Assembly: GCA_963713445.1 (NCBI GenBank)
Contig: CAVQMB010000024.1
Coordinates: forward strand, 26,985 to 90,984
DNA length: 64,000 nucleotides
Direction: 5' to 3'
DNA from: an uncultured Gammaproteobacteria bacterium
GTDB lineage: Bacteria; Pseudomonadota; Gammaproteobacteria; Competibacterales; Competibacteraceae
Shown here one piece after another: positions 10,499-20,179 of this stretch. How positions within the stretch are numbered: position 1 is the stretch's first letter; each line of letters starts with the position of its first letter. A program made the translations under genes and the position numbers. The notes below the pieces were generated by a model. That model was given only the letters and a program-made list of their open reading frames with translations. It was not told where the DNA came from and ran no database searches.

Positions 10499-11770
10499 AT
10501 GCTTCATAAGGTGCACAAAGTGCTTCACGGCGTCACCCACCAGCAAGTGCGGGGCGGGTTTGCCGCACTGGCCGCAGGCGTGGCGCTAGCGGTCACGGCC
10601 GGACCATTGTACGCGGCACAGCCCATCAAAATCGGCGTCATTGCACCGGCCGCTGCAATTGACGGCAAATCCATCTTTCAGGGCGCCGAGCTCGCGGCCG
10701 AGCAAATCAATGCCAAAGGCGGTATCGCCGGGCGCCAGATCAAACTCATCGAGTACGACGACCACGCCTCCGCCTCTGATGGGGTGCGGGCCTTCCAGCG
10801 CGCTGCCCGGCAGGATCGGGTGGTGGCCATGGTGGGCAATTTCATCAGCGAGGTCGCACTGGCCGTCGAGCCTTGGGCAGCCCGCCTGAAAGTGCCCTAC
10901 ATCATTACTGGAGCGGCCAGCACCCAGCTCAACAAGAACGTCGGCAACCACTGGCCGGCGTACAAGTACATTTACATGGAGAACCTCAACTCCTACTTCC
11001 TCGCCAGAAATGTATGCGACGCCGCCCACGACATACTGGTCAAGCAGCTCCATTACAAGACCGCGGTGATCATGCGCGAGGATGCGGCGTGGACCAAGCC
11101 GCTGGGCGCGGAATATGACAACTGCCTGCCGAAAGCCGGGCTCAAGGTGCTGGACGAGATCGTTTTCTCGCCCGATACCAACGACTTTTCGCCTATCTAC
11201 AACAAGATCGAAGGTCTTAAACCTGACGCCATCATCACCGGTATCGCCCACGTCGGTGTGAAACCGACGGTGCAGTGGCACAATCAGCAGGTGCCCGTAT
11301 TCATGGGCGGCTGGAGTTCACAGGCCGGCGCCAGTACCTTCTGGAATGCCACCAACGGCGCTACCGAGGGCGTAATGACGGGTAATCTGGGCGCCGGAGA
11401 CGCCAGCCTGACCCCCCAGACCAAATCGTTCGCCGCAACCTACACCAAGAAGTTCAACACCAGCCCGGCCTATAACGCCTACACAACCTACGACGCCATC
11501 CATGTGCTGAAAAACGCCATCGAACGGGCGAAGTCCACCAACAACAACAAGCTGGTCGCAGCACTGGCAAAAACTGACTATGAAGGCACTATCGGCCAAG
11601 TCCAGTTTTATGACCATAAGGCCAAGTTTCCGCACGCGATGAAATACGGGGCGAAATACGTCACCGGCGTGGCACTGCAGTGGCAGGCCGGCAAGCAGGT
11701 CACCATCTGGCCGCCGAAGGCTGCCAGCGGCAAAGTCATGGTGCCGGATTTCGTCAAGAAGGGTCAGTGA
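10499..11770 (+). CDS. periplasmic substrate-binding protein, type-I PBP (Leu/Ile/Val-binding, HAAT family); ligand unknown
   Basis: 423 aa with a signal peptide and IKIGVIAP...GGIAGRQIKLIEYDD motif. Strong SD TTGGAGGAGG lies upstream. It is followed by HAAT permeases and ATPases. Confidence 0.85.
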   Translation: MLHKVHKVLHGVTHQQVRGGFAALAAGVALAVTAGPLYAAQPIKIGVIAPAAAIDGKSIFQGAELAAEQINAKGGIAGRQIKLIEYDDHASASDGVRAFQRAARQDRVVAMVGNFISEVALAVEPWAARLKVPYIITGAASTQLNKNVGNHWPAYKYIYMENLNSYFLARNVCDAAHDILVKQLHYKTAVIMREDAAWTKPLGAEYDNCLPKAGLKVLDEIVFSPDTNDFSPIYNKIEGLKPDAIITGIAHVGVKPTVQWHNQQVPVFMGGWSSQAGASTFWNATNGATEGVMTGNLGAGDASLTPQTKSFAATYTKKFNTSPAYNAYTTYDAIHVLKNAIERAKSTNNNKLVAALAKTDYEGTIGQVQFYDHKAKFPHAMKYGAKYVTGVALQWQAGKQVTIWPPKAASGKVMVPDFVKKGQ

Positions 11771-11777
11771 TCCACCC

Positions 11778-11836
11778 GGCCGCCGCAAACTATCACGGCG
11801 GCCCTGCCGCGGGGCACTGCCGGCCGGCAGTGCCCC
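11778..11836 (+). promoter_or_regulatory. two consecutive strong hairpins between the binding-protein and permease genes
   Basis: GGCCGCCG-N10-CGGCGGCC (11778-11803) and the 26-nt perfect palindrome GGGGCACTGCCGG/CCGGCAGTGCCCC (11811-11836). Confidence 0.6.
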
Positions 11837-11866
11837 GCCGACATCTGACAGGGGAGTGGTGGGCCT

Positions 11867-12748
11867 ATGCAACATCTGCTGCTGCAGATCCTGGTGGACG
11901 GCTTTGCGATCAGCGCCATATATGCGCTTGGGGCGGCTGGCTTCACCATCATCTTCGGCGTTTCGGGCGTACTCAATCTTTCACACGGCGCCATCATGGT
12001 GGTCGGGGCGGTCATCGCCTGGTACATGGCCACCCATCTGCACGTGGGCGTCTACCTGGGCAGTCTGATCGGCATCCTGGCCGCGGTGGTGGTGAGTTAT
12101 CTGTTGTACTGGCTGGTCATCCGGCCTATTGACCGATCGACACGCATTCCAGCCGACGAGAAAGAAATTTTCATCCTCACCACCACCCTGCTGGTGGGGA
12201 TCATGATCCAAGGGGTGCTGGACTATATCTTCGGCTCCAATCCGGTGACGACCCCTCCCATTGCCAGCGGCGTACAAAAGTTTGCCGGCGTCAACATCAC
12301 CAACAACGAACTGCTGATCGGAGTGATTGCGTGGCTGGTGCTTGGCGGACTATGGTTCTTCATCAACAAGACCCGTACCGGTAAAGCCTTGCTGGCGGCC
12401 TCCATGAGCCCGACGGGGCTGGCGCTGATGGGTTATGACATCCGCCGGGTTCACAATCTCCTGTGGGGGCTCTATGGGCTGCTGGCCGGCTTTGCCGGCG
12501 TACTGCTGGCTTCTTTCCTGGGAGCTAATGCCGAGATCGCCGGCCAGCTCACCGCGAGCGCGTTTTCCATCGTCGTGCTGGGCGGGTTGGGTAGCGTGCC
12601 AGGCTCGCTGGTTGCCGCCTATATCATCGGCTACCTGGGCACCATCACAGCCTATCTGGTGTCGCCGGCCTATACCGAGCTGCCTGGTCTGATGATCCTG
12701 GTGCTCATCCTCTACATTCGGCCTCAAGGCCTGTTCGGACGACTGTAG
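11867..12748 (+). CDS. HAAT-family ABC transporter permease (LivH-like)
   Basis: 293 aa, polytopic. LQILVDGFAISAIYALGAAGFTIIFGVSGVLNLSHG is a LivH-type N-terminus. Confidence 0.88.
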   Translation: MQHLLLQILVDGFAISAIYALGAAGFTIIFGVSGVLNLSHGAIMVVGAVIAWYMATHLHVGVYLGSLIGILAAVVVSYLLYWLVIRPIDRSTRIPADEKEIFILTTTLLVGIMIQGVLDYIFGSNPVTTPPIASGVQKFAGVNITNNELLIGVIAWLVLGGLWFFINKTRTGKALLAASMSPTGLALMGYDIRRVHNLLWGLYGLLAGFAGVLLASFLGANAEIAGQLTASAFSIVVLGGLGSVPGSLVAAYIIGYLGTITAYLVSPAYTELPGLMILVLILYIRPQGLFGRL

Positions 12749-12759
12749 GAAGCTCGGCC

Positions 12760-13689
12760 ATGGTGCAGATACTCCGCTCTCCCAAACTGTGGCTGGCTGC
12801 AGCGATCATCGCCGTGCTGGCCGTGTTTCCCTCATTCATGGGCTTTTACTTCCTGGGCGTGCTGACCATCGCCTACTATTTCGCGGTTTACGCCATGTCC
12901 TGGGACTTGCTGTTTGGCTACTCCGGGGAGGTCAATTTCGGGCCTACCTTTCTGGTGGGCCTGGGCGCCTACGGTGCCGCCTTGCTCAACACGTATACAG
13001 CGACACCGTTATGGCTGTGTGTGCTCGGCGGCACGGCAACAGCCATTGTCGGCGGTCTGCTGCTGGCCGGACCGGCACTGCGGCTGCGAGGGCCTTACTT
13101 TGGGCTGGTGACGCTCGTCGCAGTCCTGCTGCTGGTGAAGATTATCACCATCTTTGCCGGCGTGACCGGCGGCGAGATCGGCCTGGCACTGCCGGATGTG
13201 ATTGCCATCAGTGCCGCCACCAATTACTACTGGGCGCTCGGATTCATGGCGGTCAGCGCGCTGGTGATGACACTTATCGCCAACTCCAATATTGGCCTGA
13301 TACTGCAGGCGAGCGGCCAGGATCCTGTGGAAACCGAGGCGCTGGGTTTTTCGGTCACCAAATTCAAGCTGCTGGCGTTTACGCTGAGTTCACTGTTCTC
13401 CGGAATGGCCGGTGCGATGACGGTATTCTATCTGGGTACCGCATCACCCAGCACGGTGGTGGCCATTACGGTAACCATTCAGATCATCATCGCCACCGTG
13501 CTCGGCGGACGCCGATCTATTCTGGGTTCGATCATCGGCGCCGTGTTCCTGATCGTCGCGGGCGAAGTCCTGCGCCCCCTGGGCCAGCTCAGCACCGCAG
13601 TGGTGGCGGCGCTGGCGCTACTGGTGCTGCTGTTCTATCCGGATGGTTTCTTCGGTTTATTGCCGCGCAGTCTCGGAGGCCGCCGATGA
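12760..13689 (+). CDS. HAAT-family ABC transporter permease (LivM-like)
   Basis: 309 aa, polytopic. SWDLLFGYSGEVNFGPTFLVGLGAY motif. Confidence 0.88.
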   Translation: MVQILRSPKLWLAAAIIAVLAVFPSFMGFYFLGVLTIAYYFAVYAMSWDLLFGYSGEVNFGPTFLVGLGAYGAALLNTYTATPLWLCVLGGTATAIVGGLLLAGPALRLRGPYFGLVTLVAVLLLVKIITIFAGVTGGEIGLALPDVIAISAATNYYWALGFMAVSALVMTLIANSNIGLILQASGQDPVETEALGFSVTKFKLLAFTLSSLFSGMAGAMTVFYLGTASPSTVVAITVTIQIIIATVLGGRRSILGSIIGAVFLIVAGEVLRPLGQLSTAVVAALALLVLLFYPDGFFGLLPRSLGGRR

Positions 13690-15191
13690 GCATTCTGGAG
13701 ATCAGCGGCCTGTCCAAACGATTCGGCGGCCTGCGTGCGGTCAATGAGGTCGATTTTGGTGTTGCGAAAGGCGAAATACTCGGGCTCATCGGGCCCAACG
13801 GATCGGGCAAATCGACCACATTGTCGCTGATCATGGGTATCGTCCGACCCGACGCCGGCTCGATCCGCCTGGACGGCCGCGAAGTGGCGGGTTGGCCAAC
13901 CCACCGGGTCGCCGAACACGGCATCGGCATGGTCTTCCAGCACTCCCGGCCACTGCACCGGCAGACCGTACTGGAGAACATCAAGCTGGCGCTGCTGCCC
14001 AACACCATTTTCCAGCTTTTCCCCAGGCCGGAGGTGGCGCGCCAGGCGCAAGAGATCGCCGAACGCGTGGGGCTTGGCGATGTTATAAATCATTATCCCG
14101 ATGCCCTCGCTTACGCTGATCTACGGCGCCTGGAGGTGGCGAAAGCCATTGCCCTCGACCCGACTGTAGTGCTGCTCGACGAACCCTTTGCCGGCCTCGC
14201 GCCCAACGAGGTTCGTGAGTTTTCGAGTCTGGTAACGGCCCTGCGGGATCAGGATCATGCCATTGTTCTGGTGGATCACAACGTCAAGGCAGTCGCCTCG
14301 CTGGTGGATCGGGTGGTAGCGATGTACGTGGGCGAGAAGATTGCCGAAGGCACACCCGCCGAGGTCACCGGCAATGCACGGGTACGCGAAGTCTATTTCG
14401 GCGGCTCACTCGACGAGGCTCACCCTACCACCGAACAGATCAAGCAGGCACTGCACGTCGAGGACCAGACTACAGCCGAAACCAGGCGTCAGGCGCCGGT
14501 GCTGCTCGAGGTTGGGATCGACTCGGTTCGTTACGGCAAAGCCCAGGCGCTGCGGGATACCCGCATTCAGGTGCATGAGGGTGAATTCGTGTCCGTCGTG
14601 GGCTTGAACGGTGCTGGCAAGAGCACACTGTTCAAGTCCATCATGGGTTTCGTCGGCTATGACGGCGACATCGCCTGGCGGGGTGAGTCCATCAAGGGCC
14701 GCACGACAGCGGCAATCGCCACCTCCGGACTAGCGTTATGCCCCGAGACGCGTGAGCTGTTCCGCTACATGAGCGTGCGCGAGAACCTGGAAATGGGCGG
14801 ACAACGCCTCGACAAAAGAGGCTTGCGGGACAGCCTTATGCGGGTGTTTGAGCTGTTCCCGGTGCTGGCGGAACGGCAGCGGCAGCCGGCGTTGACGCTG
14901 AGTGGTGGAGAGCAGCAACAGCTCACTATCGGGCGGGCCTTGATGCAGAACCCACGGCTGCTGATACTCGACGAACCCACGCTGGGGTTGGCACCGTTGA
15001 TCATCGAGAACATCTCGCGCGCACTGGAGCGGCTACGCGCCGAGACCGGTCTGGCCATTCTGCTTGGCGAACAAAACGTAACCTTCGCCCTGCAGCACTC
15101 GGACCATATGTATCTGCTGGAAACGGGCGATCTGAACTGGCAAGGCAGCGCCGAGGTCTTTGTCGAGGAAGCCGGCGCGGACTTTCTGTGA
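13686..15191 (+). CDS. fused tandem ATPase: LivG-like and LivF-like nucleotide-binding domains in one 501-aa polypeptide
   Basis: ATG 13686 overlaps the LivM-like stop (ATGA). NBD1 has GPNGSGKST and VVLLDEPFAGL. A linker of about 30 aa follows (SLDEAHPTTEQIKQALHVEDQTTAETRRQAP). NBD2 has GLNGAGKST, LSGGEQQQ and LLILDEPTLGL. There is no stop codon between the domains. Confidence 0.85.
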   Translation: MSILEISGLSKRFGGLRAVNEVDFGVAKGEILGLIGPNGSGKSTTLSLIMGIVRPDAGSIRLDGREVAGWPTHRVAEHGIGMVFQHSRPLHRQTVLENIKLALLPNTIFQLFPRPEVARQAQEIAERVGLGDVINHYPDALAYADLRRLEVAKAIALDPTVVLLDEPFAGLAPNEVREFSSLVTALRDQDHAIVLVDHNVKAVASLVDRVVAMYVGEKIAEGTPAEVTGNARVREVYFGGSLDEAHPTTEQIKQALHVEDQTTAETRRQAPVLLEVGIDSVRYGKAQALRDTRIQVHEGEFVSVVGLNGAGKSTLFKSIMGFVGYDGDIAWRGESIKGRTTAAIATSGLALCPETRELFRYMSVRENLEMGGQRLDKRGLRDSLMRVFELFPVLAERQRQPALTLSGGEQQQLTIGRALMQNPRLLILDEPTLGLAPLIIENISRALERLRAETGLAILLGEQNVTFALQHSDHMYLLETGDLNWQGSAEVFVEEAGADFL

Positions 15192-15204
15192 CAGCTCAAG
15201 CCGC

Positions 15205-15450
15205 GTGTTCAATCTGGCCGACAAGGTCGCAGTGGTTACCTGCTCCAGCCGCAATGCCGCCGCCTGCAAGACCGTCGTTCGCACCATGAAACAGAACGGC
15301 CTCGAGGCCGGAGCACCGCTCCGGCACATTGGCGTACCCGATGACATCGGTGGCCTGGCGCTATTGCTGGCTTCACCGTTGGCGTGTTTCATCACGGGCC
15401 AGGTCATCGTGGCCGCCGGCGGCGTTGCCGTTACTAACCTCATGTGCTGA
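15205..15450 (+). pseudogene. short-chain dehydrogenase/reductase remnant (N- and C-terminal pieces joined, central ~170 aa missing)
   Basis: VFNLADKVAVVTCSSRNAAA corresponds to a degenerate TGxxxGIG region. It is joined directly to APLRHIGVPDDIGGLALLLASPLACFITGQVIVAAGG, the SDR C-terminal signature. The total is only about 80 aa. Confidence 0.6.
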
Positions 15451-15587
15451 CACCGCGGCCATCCTGGCGGCAACTAAAGGGTGGTTTAACCGGCTCCAGA
15501 GTACCGAACAACGACCGGACGCTTTGCGCATGGCGGCGGACAGGCGACAATGGGGGTTTATCCGCAAGCAATCATACGAAGACGCGC

Positions 15588-16694
15588 ATGTCCGGCAACA
15601 CACTTGGTATGTTATTCACCGTCACGACCTTCGGCGAAAGCCACGGTCCGGCGCTCGGTGCCATTATCGATGGCTGCCCGCCGGGCCTGGAGCTAAGCGA
15701 AGCCGACCTGCAAGCGGATCTCGAGCGCCGGCGGCCCGGCAAGAGCCGCCACACGACGCAACGCCGCGAGCCTGATCAGGTGCGGATTCTATCCGGCGTA
15801 TTCGAGGGTCGTACCACCGGCACGGCAATCGGCCTGCTGGTCGAGAACGTCGATCAGCGCTCGCGCGACTACAACGCGATCATGGATAAGTTCCGGCCCG
15901 GCCATGCGGATTACACCTATCACATGAAGTACGGCCGCCGCGATTATCGCGGCGGTGGTCGCAGTTCGGCCCGGGAGACCACCATGCGGGTGGCGGCCGG
16001 AGCGATCGCCAAGAAATATCTGCGGGAACGCTATGGCGTTCTGGTCCGCGGTTACCTGGCCCAGCTCGGGCCGTTGCAGCCGACGCGAATCGACTGGGAT
16101 ACCGTCGATGACAACCCGTTTTTCTGTCCCGACCCCGATCTGGTGCCAAAACTAGAGGCCTATATGGACCAACTGCGGCGCGACGGCGATTCGATCGGGG
16201 CACGGGTGACGGTGGTTGCCAGCCAGGTACCCTCCGGCTGGGGCGAACCGGTATTCGACAAGCTCGACGCCGATATCGCCCATGCCCTAATGGGCATCAA
16301 TGCGGTCAAGGCGGTCGAAATCGGCGCTGGCACCGCCGTAGCCGCCCAGCGCGGTAGCGAACACCGCGATGAACTGACCCCGGCTGGCTTTCTCAGCAAC
16401 AACGCCGGCGGCGTGCTGGGCGGGATCTCCAGCGGCCAGGACGTGGTGGCCCATCTCAGTCTTAAACCCACCTCCAGCATTCGGTTGCCGGGTCGTACAG
16501 TCGACACACAAGGCCAGCCTGCCGAGGTCATCACCACCGGCCGCCATGACCCTTGTGTCGGCATCCGCGCCACGCCGATCGCCGAGGCCATGGTGGCACT
16601 GGTGTTAATGGATCACGCGTTGCGCCAGCGCGCGCAGAACGCAGATGTCGCCCCGGGTTTGCAGCCACTACCCGGCCAGGCACCCCAGCGTTAG
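15588..16694 (+). CDS. aroC: chorismate synthase
   Basis: Start at [33 protein letters not shown] (ATG 15588), the classic AroC N-terminus. Also contains RPGHADYTY and GRHDPCVG motifs. Confidence 0.95.
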   Translation: MSGNTLGMLFTVTTFGESHGPALGAIIDGCPPGLELSEADLQADLERRRPGKSRHTTQRREPDQVRILSGVFEGRTTGTAIGLLVENVDQRSRDYNAIMDKFRPGHADYTYHMKYGRRDYRGGGRSSARETTMRVAAGAIAKKYLRERYGVLVRGYLAQLGPLQPTRIDWDTVDDNPFFCPDPDLVPKLEAYMDQLRRDGDSIGARVTVVASQVPSGWGEPVFDKLDADIAHALMGINAVKAVEIGAGTAVAAQRGSEHRDELTPAGFLSNNAGGVLGGISSGQDVVAHLSLKPTSSIRLPGRTVDTQGQPAEVITTGRHDPCVGIRATPIAEAMVALVLMDHALRQRAQNADVAPGLQPLPGQAPQR

Positions 16695-16731
16695 TATCAT
16701 CACTGCACGGTCTCCCTACCGAACAGCGACC

Positions 16732-17256
16732 ATGGCCCGCATCGACATCATTCGCGACGACATCACCCAATTGCAGGCCGATGCCATTGTCAACGCCGCC
16801 AACACATCGCTGCTCGGTGGCGGCGGAGTTGACGGCGCCATCCACCGCGCCGCCGGACCGGAACTGCTGGCCGAGTGCCGCCAGTTGGGTGGCTGTCCGA
16901 CCGGCGAGGCCCGCATCACCCGCGGCTACCGGCTGGCGGCCAAGCATGTCATCCATACCGTCGGGCCCATCTGGCGGGGCGGCCATCAAGGTGAGGCAGG
17001 CTTACTAGCAGCCTGCTATCGCAACAGTTTGCAACTCGCCCGGGAGCACGCGCTGCACAGCGTTGCGTTTCCGGCGATAAGCTGCGGCGTATTCGGCTAT
17101 CCCCCCGATCAGGCGGCCCGCATCGCCATTACCACGGTGCGTGAGTGCACCGCCGACGACAACATCATCCGCCAGGTATGGCTGGTCTGTTTCGGCCAAC
17201 CCATTCTCGAGGTTTATTGCCACGCCTGGCGTGACCTGAGTGAGAGTAACCCATGA
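16732..17256 (+). CDS. macrodomain protein (O-acetyl-ADP-ribose deacetylase, YmdB-like)
   Basis: Start at [42 protein letters not shown] (ATG 16732), a canonical macro-domain signature. Confidence 0.85.
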   Translation: MARIDIIRDDITQLQADAIVNAANTSLLGGGGVDGAIHRAAGPELLAECRQLGGCPTGEARITRGYRLAAKHVIHTVGPIWRGGHQGEAGLLAACYRNSLQLAREHALHSVAFPAISCGVFGYPPDQAARIAITTVRECTADDNIIRQVWLVCFGQPILEVYCHAWRDLSESNP

Positions 17257-17711
17257 CCCAAGTAACCATCCGGCGGGCCGCGGCCCTCGACCTGGCGGCC
17301 ATCGTCGCCTTCAACCAGGCCATGGCCTGGGAAACCGAACGTCGCGAGCTGTCGGCCGAGGTCATAAGTCCGGGCGTCGAAGGCCTTTTCAACGCGCCCC
17401 AGTACGGCTTTTATTTGGTCGCCGACGCCGCCGCCGAGGTAGTGGGCTCGCTGATGGTGACATTCGAGTGGAGCGACTGGCGCGACGGGCTGATCTGGTG
17501 GATTCAGAGTGTCTATGTACGGCCTGAATGGCGCCGTCGCGGCATCTACCGTGATCTCTACCAGCACGCCAAGTCGCTGGGCGCCGCGCAGGGTTCGGTG
17601 CGTGGCTTCCGGCTTTATGTGGAAAAAGACAACCTGGTAGCTCAACGCACGTATGCCAGTTTAGGGATGCAGGAATCAGACTATAAACTGTTCGAGGAGA
17701 TACTCGACTGA
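17253..17711 (+). CDS. GNAT-family N-acetyltransferase
   Basis: 152 aa. ATGA overlap with the macrodomain stop. Acetyl-CoA motif A-like segment [17 protein letters not shown]. Confidence 0.8.
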   Translation: MTQVTIRRAAALDLAAIVAFNQAMAWETERRELSAEVISPGVEGLFNAPQYGFYLVADAAAEVVGSLMVTFEWSDWRDGLIWWIQSVYVRPEWRRRGIYRDLYQHAKSLGAAQGSVRGFRLYVEKDNLVAQRTYASLGMQESDYKLFEEILD

Positions 17712-17765
17712 CTACGCCGCCGGTATCACACGGCGTCCACATCAACCCACTTGCACGGTTTGCCC

Positions 17766-19319
17766 ATGCCCGCTCAACGACCGAACATCCTGCTGGTGAT
17801 GGCCGATCAGCTGACCCCGTTCGCCATCGGCGCTTACGGCCATCAACTGGTCAAGACCCCGAACATCGACGCGCTGGCCGGGCATGGTGTGGTATTCGAC
17901 GCAGCCTACTGTAACAGTCCGCTATGCGCACCGGCCCGCTTCGCCCTGGTCAGCGGCCAGCGCATTTCGCGCATCGGTGCCTACGACAACGCGGCCTATC
18001 TGGCCAGCACCGTACCAACGTTTGCACACTATCTGCGCAGCCTCGGCTATCAAACCTCGCTGGCCGGCAAGATGCACTTCGTCGGGCCAGACCAGTTGCA
18101 CGGTTTCGAGGAACGCCTCACCACCGACATCTATCCCGCTGACTTCGGCTGGACGCCGGACTGGCACCATCCCGAACAGCGCATCGATTGGTGGTACCAC
18201 AACATGCTAAGCGTGAAACAGGCCGGCGTGGCAGAGATCACCAATCAGCTGGAATTCGACGACGAGACCGGTTATCAGGCTACGCAGAAACTGTACCAGC
18301 TGGCACGCAACAAGGACCGGCGGCCGTTTCTGCTAACGGTGAGTTTCACCCATCCGCATGATCCTTACGCGACCCGCCAGCGTTACTGGGATCTGTATGA
18401 TCACACCGCCATCGACCTGCCCAGAGTGGCAGCAATCCCTTACGACCAGCAGGATCCGCACAGCCAGCGGCTGTATCAGGCGACCGATATGGGCCGTTAC
18501 CCGATCACCGACAACGACATCCGCAATGCCCGCCACGCCTACTATGGCAATGTCAGCTACATCGACCAATGGCTCGGCCGGCTGCAAACGACGCTGGCTG
18601 ACACCCGCTTGGCCGACGACACCGTGGTTATATTCACCAGTGATCACGGCGACATGCTGGGCGAGCGCGGGTTATGGTACAAAATGAGCTTTTTCGAGAG
18701 CGCCAGCCGCGTACCATTGATCGTAGCCGCACCGGCAAGATTCCAAAGCGCGCGTATCAAACAACCCGTATCCCACGTCGACCTCCTGCCCACCCTGGTG
18801 GATCTGGCGCGCCAGGACCAGCCAGCGCCGGACTGGATCGATCCTCTGGACGGCTGCAGCCTGCTGCCGCTGGTGGAAGGCGCAACGAACGCGGGACCGG
18901 ACGCAGTGCTCGCTGAGTACTGTGGCGAAGCTGCGATCGGGCCTATCCTGATGATCCGCCGCGAACGCTACAAGTACGTGTTTTGCGCCGGCGACCCGCC
19001 GCAGCTATTCGATGTTGAATCCGATCCCGGTGAGCTCACTAACCTGGCTGCCGATCCCGCACACGCCGAGCTGGCGGCGCGGTTCCATACCGAGGTGCTT
19101 GAGCACTGGGATCCGACCGCTCTCAAGCACGCGGTGATCGCCGATCAGGACCGGCGTCGCTGGCTGGATCAGACATTGCGCCAAGGCCGGTTCACGCCAT
19201 GGGACTACCAGCCACCGCATGACGATACCCAACGCTATATGCGCAACCACCTGGATCTGAACGAACTGGAGTCGCATTCGCGGTTCCCGCGATCGCGCTC
19301 TGAGAGTGAATTCGACTGA
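17766..19319 (+). CDS. betC: choline-sulfatase
   Basis: Start at MPAQRPNILLVMADQL (ATG 17766). Sulfatase active-site motif SPLCAPAR. The long stretch GKMHFVGPDQLHGFEERLTTDIYPADFGWTPDW matches BetC as I remember it. Confidence 0.8.
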   Translation: MPAQRPNILLVMADQLTPFAIGAYGHQLVKTPNIDALAGHGVVFDAAYCNSPLCAPARFALVSGQRISRIGAYDNAAYLASTVPTFAHYLRSLGYQTSLAGKMHFVGPDQLHGFEERLTTDIYPADFGWTPDWHHPEQRIDWWYHNMLSVKQAGVAEITNQLEFDDETGYQATQKLYQLARNKDRRPFLLTVSFTHPHDPYATRQRYWDLYDHTAIDLPRVAAIPYDQQDPHSQRLYQATDMGRYPITDNDIRNARHAYYGNVSYIDQWLGRLQTTLADTRLADDTVVIFTSDHGDMLGERGLWYKMSFFESASRVPLIVAAPARFQSARIKQPVSHVDLLPTLVDLARQDQPAPDWIDPLDGCSLLPLVEGATNAGPDAVLAEYCGEAAIGPILMIRRERYKYVFCAGDPPQLFDVESDPGELTNLAADPAHAELAARFHTEVLEHWDPTALKHAVIADQDRRRWLDQTLRQGRFTPWDYQPPHDDTQRYMRNHLDLNELESHSRFPRSRSESEFD

Positions 19320-19351
19320 GCGGCCGACGCGGCATCAATACCCCATGGTAC

Positions 19352-19370
19352 CCGCGCGTCCCCCGCGCGG
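19352..19370. terminator. hairpin between convergent betC and the TauE-like gene
   Basis: CCGCGCG-tcccc-CGCGCGG, a 7-bp GC stem with no clear U-tract on either strand. Confidence 0.35.
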
Positions 19371-19379
19371 TGGCTGATG

Positions 19380-20135
19380 TCAGCCGTGCGTCGCCAACAG
19401 ACCGGCGGCCGTGATGAGAAAGCCGCAGAACAACAGCCGCAGCGACTTCTCCGGCAACCGGTGTGCCAGCCGCACGCCGTGTGACACGCTGACCACACCA
19501 CCGATGGCAAGCGGTAGCCCGAAGCGCCAGTCCACCTGGCTATGCCCGGCATACGTTGCCAGGCCCACCACCGTACCGGGCGCAACCATCGCCAGCGCAT
19601 GGGACTGAGCCCCGGCCTGGCGCAGCCCAAAATAGCGGATCAGCACCGGCGGCACCAGCAGTGCACCACCAACCCCGAACAGGCCCGAAATCGATCCACC
19701 AGCCGCACCCACCAGCACCAGCCAGCCGGCCCTTAGGCGCGCACCCGTAAGTACGGCCCGCGGCCTGGCCAGCGCCAGCCAACCCAGGTACAGGCCGATG
19801 GCCAGCACGAACAGGACAAAAGCTGTGCGCAGCCGGAATGCCGCAACGTGCAAGGCGAGCAACGCCGCAAGATAGGTAAAGACGACACCGCCACCGGCCA
19901 GCATCAACGCATAGCGGCGATTCAATGCTCCCAGCTGATGGTTACGCCACAGCCCCAACAGCACGTTCGGCACCACCATAACCATCGCCGTCCCCTGCGC
20001 CAGTTGCTGATGCATACCGAACACCAGGCCCAGCATGGGAATGGCGATCACGCCGCCACCAATGCCGAACAGCCCGCCCAGTGCACCCAAAATACCACCC
20101 AGGAATACCAGGACCACTACTTCCAAGCCACCCAT
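19380..20135 (-). CDS. TauE/SafE-family anion (sulfite-type) exporter
   Basis: 251 aa with 7-8 TM segments and repeated GIGGG/GVGG motifs (LFGIGGGVIAIP, LFGVGGALLVPP). Confidence 0.75.
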   Translation of the reverse strand: MGGLEVVVLVFLGGILGALGGLFGIGGGVIAIPMLGLVFGMHQQLAQGTAMVMVVPNVLLGLWRNHQLGALNRRYALMLAGGGVVFTYLAALLALHVAAFRLRTAFVLFVLAIGLYLGWLALARPRAVLTGARLRAGWLVLVGAAGGSISGLFGVGGALLVPPVLIRYFGLRQAGAQSHALAMVAPGTVVGLATYAGHSQVDWRFGLPLAIGGVVSVSHGVRLAHRLPEKSLRLLFCGFLITAAGLLATHG

Positions 20136-20179
20136 CCGCCAGGCTCCAGCACATCTTGCAAGAATTCACCGTGCGACCT

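Noticed and set aside
12789-13685. N-terminal 299 aa of the 800-aa track ORF
   Set aside because: This part overlaps the LivM-like permease in another frame and is Arg/Gly-rich nonsense. The real protein starts at ATG 13686, in an ATGA overlap with the permease stop.
15444-15587. Long N-terminal extensions in the track ORFs
   Set aside because: Examples are aroC from 15444, the macrodomain gene from 16645, msrQ from 21356, mgdD from 23182, mgsA from 31987, nuoC from 51941, nuoJ from 44131 and the DppF-like gene from 61357. The extensions overlap upstream genes or intergenic DNA, are Arg/Ala/Pro-rich and precede canonical family N-termini. Those N-termini have an RBS or stop-start overlaps, so internal starts were used.
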